Shown piece by piece: positions 54,382 to 64,000 of a stretch of DNA of 64,000 bases (positions are counted from its first letter, which is position 1; every line of letters starts with the position of its first letter). A program made the translations under genes and the position numbers. Source of the stretch: Chlorokybus atmophyticus (Eukaryota; Plantae; Mesostigma and Chlorokybus algae); the NCBI GenBank assembly GCA_009103225.1, contig RHPI01002048.1:757036-821035 (forward strand), written 5' to 3'. A model generated the notes under the pieces. The model was not told the origin of the DNA. It ran no database searches and saw only the letters and a list, made by a program, of their open reading frames with translations.

Positions 54382-55090
54382 CCTGCAAGTTTTACTTATA
54401 AGTTGCGAGTTGCAAGTTATCTGTGCTATGCTATACGCTTGGACATCCCAAGGACATCTATTGCAACACTCCGCGCTGTGCGTCAACAGCTCACACATGC
54501 TTGAAATTGCAGCATTATTGTGACTAGATCTTCCTGCCGGTTTGGGTGGGGGAGGGACATGACTGCTGTGTTGTGACAGCAAGGTGCTGCTTCACGCGCA
54601 TGCATGCTGAGCAACATGAGCTAGCTTGCATTGCACTGAGCAGGTATACGAGTGCGAATGCTGTAAGTGCTGATGCAGGGTTCTTAGGGCGATTTACGTA
54701 TCCTTCCTGTTGATAGCGTACAACTCTAAGTGAATCTTGTTTGTCCATACCAACCACATCCGCAGTACAGTAGTGTAATTTACATATGTTCACTGTGTAT
54801 TGAGCCATCTGCATCGGTCTTTGATCTGGTATGACGACACAGCATGAGGAGCACGAGATGGAGAGAGTGGGGGGGGCATGCATGAGACTGTTGCAACAGG
54901 GCTGCGCGGAACGAAGCATATAACAGACAAGAGCTGCGTGAAGCACACTTTGGGAAATGGGTGTGCTTATATGCAGCTGAGAAGCACAAGCACTGCAGGG
55001 AAGGATATGGCGCTGCTACACACAGTGTAAACAGGCAGGGAACCCTGCTTGCCAAATGTGCACATGTTCTGACTGAGTGTTTGGACAATA

Positions 55091-58000
55091 CTACTGCTTC
55101 TGACCATGCAGTGCGTCCAAAACGTCTGACTCTAACACGGATTTTCCAGCTGTGCCATCGTACAAGTCCAACATCCTGCTGCTATGCTCCATCAGATGCT
55201 GCCGCAGCGCAACAGATGGCGCACCACGGGCAACATAGTTCTTAGACATGGATGGTGGCACGAGAGGCTGTGCCAGCAGCGAGTGCAGCTCCTGCATGAC
55301 AACAACTACATCAAAACCCACACAGACTCTTCCCTTCGTGCGAGTGATATCATGGTTGTACTGTACCTGTTGAAGACTCTTCAGCTGGGCCTGTTCTCGC
55401 TTGCGTAATGCTACAGGGTTGTCTTCATCACCGCCGCGCTTGCGCTTGCCTTTGCCAGTGACCTCATCGTCACCGTCCAGCTCAATCTCCATGGCTTTGG
55501 CATGCCTTGTCATCCAGTCATCCTGCAGGCACAACACCATGCATTGGTTGCCCACAGCCGACTTGCTGGATATACGTACCATGCAGTGACATGTTCGCTG
55601 GCAACTGTCTCTTGCATATGCCTCAGCCCGTACCTGAGCTTTGGTTTTGGAATGCTTCCTGGCAAGCTCATCAACGCGCATGGCCAGGGCAACTCTCCTG
55701 CACAGTGTCATCATTGTGAGCAAGTGGACGCTTACGCGCAAGCACGTTGCCCATACCAAAATGCCCTTGTCATACTTTCTGGCCAGTGGGAGCGCTGCTG
55801 GGATCAGAGGGAATGGTGGCAGCCCTTGCTGACGGTTGAGAGCCTTGCATAGCTTCAGGTAGTTGACTTTGTCCTTTGGAGACACGAGAGCAATGCTGCA
55901 GCCATCCGCCATGGCTCGAGCTGTACGCCCGCTGCGATGCACGTACACCTGCCACAGGCAACGAATCCTTCATTATGATGTTGTCGCGCACGCGCATTTA
56001 TTTTAGCAGGACACCGATACTGCTGGTTGCAAACGCCAGTGTCTTGTTGCACACATACAACGTGTAAAGCAATGCCCTGCGATGTACTTGGAGAGGACTG
56101 CAACACTACCACAATACCACTGCAATACCACCAGTGCAACTCGTGTACTGTATTCCATTGTACCTCCGCTGAAAAGGGCAACTGGTAGTGCACCACAAGG
56201 CGGACACCTGGAATATCCAGACCACGCGCAGCAACATCCGTGGCCACCAGCACGCTTGCTTCATTCTCCTTGAAGCGATCCAAGAATTTCAACCGCTGGC
56301 GCTGTTGCATGTTTGCGTGCAGAGCAACTGCCACGACCACAACTAGTCAACCAATGCAAGATACCGTAGTAACACATTTGTATTTGTGTACATTTCAATA
56401 CTGGAGTTCACTCCGCTTGTGAGCCATTACAAAATGGGTTCTGCAGGTATAGATTGATTGCACCATAAAGAACAGCGAAGTTTCAGGGGGGTTACAGGTT
56501 GGTGCATTCCATCAACTATGATCAGCAGATTATTTCATTTTATTTTGTTTTTTTGGTATTGGGGTGTTTTTTTATATGCCATTATGGTAATAAGTGTTGC
56601 TTGGTGCAAACAAGCATACACATGCATACCTGACGGCACCTCCAGATGCTTCAATAAGGCTGCAACTCGTCGTAGCGTGGAGATGGCGTTGCAGAAAACC
56701 AGCGTCCTGGTCGGATGCAACTTCAACAGCGCGTACAAGAATGTGTCCTTGTCGTCATCAAGACACCTGCGTGGGTACAATCGCATCACAAGACCGCAAA
56801 CCTGGATAACAATACTGATTCATCAACAAGCGCTTACTCCAAAATGGCCTCTTCAAGGCGATCTGCAGTTACAGTTGCGCTGGTTAGGTCGATGATCGCC
56901 GGTTTGTTTCCTGTTATAAAAGGGATGCGGTTGGTGAGGGTGTCAAGCGGCGAATCGGATGTCGACGCCTTCTTGTTCTTATTCTGCTCCTTGCGTATCT
57001 TAAACTTGCGCTTGAGATCGTCCGGGAGCAGCAATGTCGCTGAAAACACCAGAGTTTGCCTTGGCCACCTGTGTGATGGCTGCATAAGTACTGGGAGCTT
57101 CCCCTCCACCCTATTTCTTCCCCTCCGTACTCCTCAATAAAAGATGGATGTTGCACAGGCAGTAGAGGTGATTGAGAATCGACAATGACACACATGCCTG
57201 CGGCCACGGCGCGGGCCTGACTGTTGCACAGCCGGCGCCTGGGAGTTGATTTGTTCAATGATGCTGCTCAGCTCCTTGAAATGACCCCTTTCAACCATCC
57301 GGTCCGCTTCATCGAGCACAAAGAACGCCAAGTTGCCCAACTGCGCAACACAATAACAACAATAATAAGCACACCGTCCATCAAGCTAAGGTGTGAACCT
57401 CCTTTCTCTTACCGTACCTGAAGCAAGTGCTGCTCGCCCTGCGACATCAGTTCCCACAGCCGGCCCGGTGTGGCCACCACCACCGGTGGGCGCGCTTTCA
57501 GTATCCGATGCTGCTTCTGCAACGAGAGGCCGCCAACGATGGGCGCGATGCGGATGCGCGAGTACTTCGCCACCGCCTTGAGGTGGTTGCAGACCTGCAT
57601 GGCCAGCTCACGCGTGGGAGCGAGTATGAGAGCGCGCAGCTCGCCCTGTGGCTGATCTTGACTGTCGGATGTGCTCGGCTCTGTGTTATTTGTCTGCTCG
57701 GCGCTGCGCTCCTCTTCAGCAGTTTCTTCTTCAGCGTCATCGTCTTCATGCGACACCAATTCTGGTTCAACGTCCCGTGTATCGTCTTCTTCTTCTTCTT
57801 CTTCTTCTTCTTCTTCTTCTATGCGGGCACGCCTCCTCTCCTCACGCTCGCGGTCCTCCAGAAGCCTCTGAAGGATGGGTAGGCCAAAGGCCAGAGTCTT
57901 GCCCGATCCCGTCATCGCAGCGCCAATAACATCCTGCACACAGAGCCTGGTTGACTGACAATGTTGGCTTACAATATACCAGTTGCACCTCAGTTAACTG

Positions 58001-59298
58001 ATTGCCAAGCACAGCGCAGACCTTGTGGTGGAGGGCAGCTGCGGGAATGCACTTTTGCTGTATGGGTGTGGGCTCCTCAAAGCCGAGCTCCTTGATGGCG
58101 CGCTCGAGTAACGAGTGCAGGCGCAGGGCGCTCCATCCCGGCAGGTCCACCTCCTCCTCCTGCTTGGTGTCCTCCTGCTCCTGCTCAACCCTCTCCCCAA
58201 CTTTTTTGACAGCAGGAGATGGCGCGACGTCAGCATCGATAACTGCGGGTTTATGGCGTTTGAGCGTCTGCTTGCGCGCCTTTTTCTTGAGCGGAGGTTG
58301 ATCATCACCAGCCTTGGCGGCATTGTCTTCCTGCAAGTAGGCCGCAATGTCAGTTGGTCTGTGTGATTCAAACTGCCTGCATTCACTGTTGCAAAGCCTG
58401 ACATCCACCCCAAACAAGAGCATGCACAGATTGTTACACACCTAGGCGTGTTTTGCATGTATGATGCATGTGCACACAGCCTTGTCACGCACAGACTGCT
58501 GTGCACTATGATAGTAGAAATATGAAGTTCATGTTCCGGACACTACTGGCCTTCATATGCATCCAGCAAACATGCTCACGCGCATGTCTGCGGGGAGCAT
58601 GTTTGACCATCTTGGCTGTCCGGCATGCGTTGCTTCGGTATGCACACTTTGTGTGACTTGTGCACGGCAAAAATGCTGTGACAGTGCACATGCCGAGAAT
58701 AGAATTTTTTTCTCCCGCACTTAGTCAGAATTGTAAACCAAGAACTGGACACAAGGCATGCAGCGTGCGTCATCTGTACAGTGTTGACCGTCCCCAGACA
58801 TAGTGGTGCATGGCCAACTGTGACTTGCTTGACATCAACTGTTTGAACATGAAAGAGACGTAATCATGTGTGAAGACAAGCACTTTAGCACGTTACATCA
58901 TTACCTGACAAGCCCATAGTTGACATGCAATTTTCATATGAAAATGGCAATGCTCTTACTTCAGTCACAGCGTCAGCATGCTGCTTGAGCGCCTTCTTCT
59001 TCTGCTTGCTCTTTTGCTTTCGCTTGCTCTTCTGCGCTTCCCCAACCTCTACGTCACCTCCCTCGTCAGGCGCCCCACCCTCCTGCATGCCCAGGTACCC
59101 CGCCGCCTCTTCCTCGTCCAGCTCCTCCAGCTCCAGGAAGCCATCCTCGGCGCTGCCGACCAGCAGCTGGTCGGCGCTCAGCTCCACCCGCCGCCACTTC
59201 TGCCTACGCTTTATGGAAGGCACTCCCGCAGCCTCGCCTCCTGCCCCTACCCCCGACCTCCTCCTCCTCCTCCCAGCCTTTACTGCCGCCGCCGCCAT
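55091..59298 (-). CDS. DDX24: DEAD-box RNA helicase DDX24/MAK5 (RH13-like)
   Basis: Q motif [75 protein letters not shown]. Confidence 0.93.
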
Positions 59299-59751
59299 CG
59301 CACCCACCACCGCCGCCGCCGCCGCCGCCGTTAAAGCTGCAGACCTAACCAAGACGAGCTGCAGATCTAGTCAGTCCCTAACCGTGGTCAAAAGTCACAA
59401 TGGATTTTGCATGCATGGATGTCGCCTCACGTGACTTGTTTCATTCAGCATGTCAGTCAATGCAAGATCTTAGGCGAGGCCTATACACATACGATGCGCG
59501 TGTGCCTGTGGGTGTCATGATGCCCCTCCCGGTGAGCGACTCAGGTTGACGCCGTGTGTGCGTGTCGGTCGGTCGGTGTATCCCCACAGTGGTGGCTTGC
59601 TCGGGAGTGGTGTGAGCCCGCCTGTGTGAGATCGTGTGCAGTAGTCGTTAGGAGGAGAAAGCTCCTCCTCCTGTTGATGGGTCGTGTGAGAGCCCGCTGT
59701 GGGCGCAAGGCCAGGGCTTGAGAAACTCTGACAAGAAAAGCCACTGTCTAG

Positions 59752-62287
59752 ATGGAGCAGGCGGTTGAGCAACCTGCAGGTAAACTGCGCAGTTGCTGGA
59801 TTGATGCGTGCTGTGGCCGGATGCTTGCTTACGGCCTGCTGGCTTTGCTTGATGTTGGTGTGTGTGTTGTTGACTGTGCTTGCTGGCATTGCTTATCATA
59901 AGATCGCCGTGGATAGCATCACACAAGTCAACGATTTTCTCCAATGCACACAGATCAACCCGCGCTCGCCACAGTCACCGAGGAGGACGACACTGCTGCG
60001 CCTGCAGGCGCCAACGACGCCAACCACGATGACAACAACAAGGACAACACCAACCCTGACAACAAGGACAACCTTGTCCTTGACGAGCACCTGATCCCCA
60101 ACCTGATCCGCCTGGTGGACGGCCGGGCCAGCGGTATCGGCGACGCTGGTTACGACGGTGATGACATCGATGATGACAACTTCACGGGACAAGAGTATGA
60201 CGAGGAGGATGAGGGCGATGGAGTTGATGTCAGGGGGGATGGCGAGGATGTGCATGGCAAGGGGGCGTACATCGCCAAGTGCGATGAGATTGGCATCGTG
60301 CCTGTGTCGCAGGTGAGGAACCGGGGTGATGCGGGTGGTGAGAGTGGGGATGGAGGGTGGTTGCAGATTGGTGGGGTGATGTGGGGTGGACTTTGGTTTG
60401 TTCAGGTGATCAAGTATCTGGAGCAAGAGGAGCTGCTGGTGGGGCACTACGGCCTGGGCGTGAGAGGCGCCGCAGCTCTGTCATACGCACTCCAGGTAAC
60501 ATGTGTGTGTATGAGCGCACGCACGCGTGAGTGCGCGCTTGAGTCCGTGTACGCGTGTGTTTGCGTGTTCGCGTGTAGTGCGTGCGTGCGTGCGTGCGCG
60601 TGCGCGTGTATCTGACAATGTCTGTGGCCATGCCATCTACACACTCTCTCCTGCATGGCGTTAAGCCTTAGGCCTCCAACTGAGCTCAAACCAAAATGCA
60701 GCACAACACCACTTGCAAAGTCCTCAAGCTCACCGACAACTCTCTCCCCGACGCCAGCCTCGCTTCCCTCTGCGACTCCCTCTCCCGCAACCCTCTCAGC
60801 TCCGCCACCGACCTGGACCTCTCTCACAACCGCGCGGGCCCGCGCACTGCCGCCGCTCTGTCGGCGTTGCTGCAGCCGGGGGCGGGGGCGGGAGGAAGAT
60901 GTCACCTGAAGAGACTCAACATGCAAGGGTGTCATTTGAACGACAGGGATGCGACGGTGATAGCGGAGACGCTAGCTGATAATGAGACGATGACGCACCT
61001 GGACCTGAGCCATAATGACATTACGGAAAGGGTGAGGGAGACACGCGCACACATGCACATGCACATGCACGCAGGCATGCGCTCTTGCACGCAGGAGCCT
61101 GCGCACTTGTATGCACGCACGCGCATGCGCTTGTGTATCGGTTTTGTATGCTGCAAAGGAGGGAAGGCGTGATGTGTGGGCTGTTTGCCTGTGCAGTCGG
61201 GTACAGCGTTTGGGTCAATGCTCAGGCTAAACACGGCTCTTATCGACGTCAACTTAAGGTGGGCACACGTCTTGAAGTACTGAGTCCGTGTATCAGTGAC
61301 CAACATTGTTGCATGAGATTGATACGTCGCATGTGTGCAGCTGGAACGGGTTTCGCTGCAAGGGCGGTGTGGCGCTGGCGGAGGGGCTCAAGCGCAACGA
61401 CAAGCTGCGCTGGTGAGTGCATGCGCACGCGTGCATACATGGCTGGCATCTAGGTATTGCATGCGTGCGTGGGCAAGTGCATGTGCTTGTGTCAGTACGT
61501 GCGTACGCACATGTCCGCGTGCATGCATGTGTCACGTACGTGTATGTGTGCTGCCTAATGGAATGCGTTGCGTCTGGGGCAGCTTCAATCTGGGTTGGAA
61601 TGGGTTGGGTGATGAAGCCGGGTCAGCCATGGCGGCAGCGCTCGCAGTCAACGCCACTCTCGCCCACCTCGCCATCAGGTTGCAAGTCAGCAGTTGTTTA
61701 GCCTGGTGACAATGTTGTCAAGAGAGTGTTCTGTGTTGTAAGCTGGAGCTGATGGTCTGATACTGCATTGCGTGTTGCGTGACCTTGTAGCTCTAACGGC
61801 CTATCGGAGTGCATCAGCGGGTTGGCTGAGGCTCTCAAGGTGCGTGTGCGGATACATGCTTCGGGCACGGGAACGTGTGTAACGTGCCTTTGAAGTGCAG
61901 AAAAATGAGGCGATTGTGAGTTTGGAGCTTGATCAGAACAACATTGGCGAGAAAGGAGGGGTGCGTGCTTGCGTTAGATTAGCCGCTTACTTGCAGCTCT
62001 TGGGCTGACACTCGTGCACATCGTGCATGCAGCAATTGCTCTTTGAAGCCATCGAGTCCAACACTGGGATTCTGGCGGTATCGCTCACAAATACCCACCT
62101 CAGCGAGCAATTACTATCAAAGTTCACAGCGGTATAGTATGGCGTGTTTGTGCATCGTGTGATGCCTGTGCACGGAGGGCAGTAACCTGCAGCATCCACA
62201 CAGCTAACACCATGTGTACATATCTTCTTTTGCCAGATACTGGAGCTGCGGCGCAAAGCGATACCTGCCCGCGAGCCTACACATTGA
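59752..62287 (+). CDS. RI-type leucine-rich repeat protein, LRRC74-like, with acidic N-terminus
   Basis: AYIAKCDEIGIVPVSQ, GHYGLGVRGAAALSYAL, LDLSHN, LNMQGCHL, FNLGWNGLGDE, LELDQNNIG; ends ...AREPTH*. Confidence 0.8.
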
Positions 62288-62739
62288 TGTGTGCAACAGC
62301 CAGACACTTTTGGAGCATTAGAGTTATGTATTGACTGAAACCTGGTACATGCTCGGGGGCCGTAGCAGCAGTGCGGTTGTTGGCATATGTGTACGCTACC
62401 TAGCTAAGGTACCTAGGTAAGCCAAGTGGCTTACACCAGGGGATGTCCAATACCAGCTCCATGTAGCATGCGTGCGGAGGACGCTAATTGTTGAACCAAT
62501 GACGTGCAGCAACTGCTGCAAACTAGAATTGATTACTTGACTTCAACAGACAGCTGGAATCGCATGCCACTTATCATAAGTGGTTGTAGAGGTTAACAGC
62601 AACACGACAATGTTATTGCTCTAACAAGCGTGTGCGCAGTCAAAGAGTACATGCAATGCCACAAGAACTAAACTCACTTAGTTCAAACTTACATGACACG
62701 AAGAAAACCCAGCTATTTCCTACTGTCCGATGACGATGG

Positions 62740-64000
62740 CTACGCAGGAAGCTGCAACTTCTTGTTGTTCTTCCAACTGCAGTTCAACAACATCAGCCAG
62801 TAGAAAGATGAACAGATAGATAGATAGACAGGCAAGCATGCTGACGTGCATGGCTCTCAAGACTGCACGGTGCGGTCACTCAACGTAGTACAGTGTACCT
62901 CAAAATGTAGTAGTAGAAGAAGTCGCAGTAGATGCCAGTCTGCACAATTCCGGATAACCAAACTGCACAACATGATGGAGTAAGGAAGAAGAGGGAACCT
63001 CTAACCAAAGCCCCTAATGAGGTATGTAAGCAGGTATCCTCGTTCTCAACAAACAATCCGGTGGGGTTTGACCCGCACCAGAGTATGAGAGCTTTTGTTG
63101 ACAGAGGTATAATGTGCGCTTGCATGCGACAATCGCTTACCAAACCACTCTGGCCGGTGTTCCGATTCTGTCATGTAGCGGTAAATCCAGTTCAGCAGAT
63201 ACAAAGCGCGATAAGCCCTAACAGAGGTACAAGGTCAACATTGTCATATGTCACAGTTGTAGTGCGTCTGTGAACAGGGGCTTGGCTTGATGATGTGCGT
63301 TGCGAGGCACTCTGCTCAGCAGACTAACGATGCAACTCATGTACGCATCTCAGTACTACTCACCCCAGCATGAATATGTAGTTGCCTGTCAAGTTATCAA
63401 CGTTTCCTGTCCGTTGAAGAAGAACAAGTTGCGGCAGAATAGCAACGGCCTCCAGGTATATGGAAAACGCCCAAAGAATCTGCATTGCAACGCGAATGAG
63501 TATCCAGGAACGACCATGCTCTCTGTTGAATGATGCACATGTGCGTGGTCACGGAGAATTGCGATGGAGATCCGACAACCCCGCATAAAGTGCATAGCTT
63601 GCGATAGAGACCTAGTTCACAAAATGCACGGTATGCAGATTACAAGCTGTGTTGCAGCTTGTGGCATGTCAACTGCTGCAACGACGACATGCCACGCATG
63701 CACACATAGTAGCTTGTGCATTGCTTGCATAAGCACTTCAAGCATGCTTCTCACCTCAATCGCTAGCGTGGAGTGTTTGCCCGGAGTTGCGTGGAACAGC
63801 ACTGCGAGGACAGCAGCCGGCAGCAGCAAAAAGTAGGAGCGGAAGGTGTCCTGATCCTTGTCGTACGTTTGCGAGATAACTTTGTGCCTCCGCATGTAAT
63901 AAACGATCGCAAAGGCTGACCCCAGGAACACCAGCTTCATCACAGTGTTGTAGACGGACACGAAGTGGAATGTCAAATCTAGATACCGCGTCACGAAAAC
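62740..64000 (-). CDS. ERD2: ER lumen protein-retaining (KDEL) receptor, 5'-truncated by window edge
   Basis: [82 protein letters not shown]. Confidence 0.95.

Noticed and set aside
54650-54770. Protein-like frame MDKQDSLRVVRYQQEG and a GTATCCTT U12-like donor
   Set aside because: Lies between convergent 3' ends with no supporting exon structure.
57785-57820. (CTT)n repeat
   Set aside because: Ordinary poly-Glu coding tract in DDX24.

Overview
Gene-dense, intron-rich eukaryotic nuclear DNA from a green alga with flagellar machinery (SAS-6, BBIP1, a DM10/EFHC exon). Plant-type PP7, PHD+BAH ORC1, TPR-RING-LON, ELC/Vps23, telo-boxes and E2F sites suggest an early-diverging streptophyte; this lineage call is inference. 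I can support about 16 spliced genes: a D-box coiled-coil protein, LON/RING, AAR2, a Cys-rich secreted protein, NKAP, NDUFS5, a mitochondrial carrier, PP7, VPS23/ELC, IMP2, SAS-6, BBIP1, ORC1, a DUF4602-like protein, DDX24/MAK5, an LRR protein, plus a partial ERD2. Many are head-to-head pairs around CpG-rich islands, while gene bodies are TpG/CpA-rich. Accessory material includes two AT-rich decayed islands, pogo-like TIRs, a decayed MITE family, an orphan DM10 exon next to a long hairpin, a duplicated intron-like unit and a dense GCCRGT motif cluster. Gene coordinates span first to last coding base including introns and were traced by eye. I found no clearly new multi-gene system; the findings are leads.
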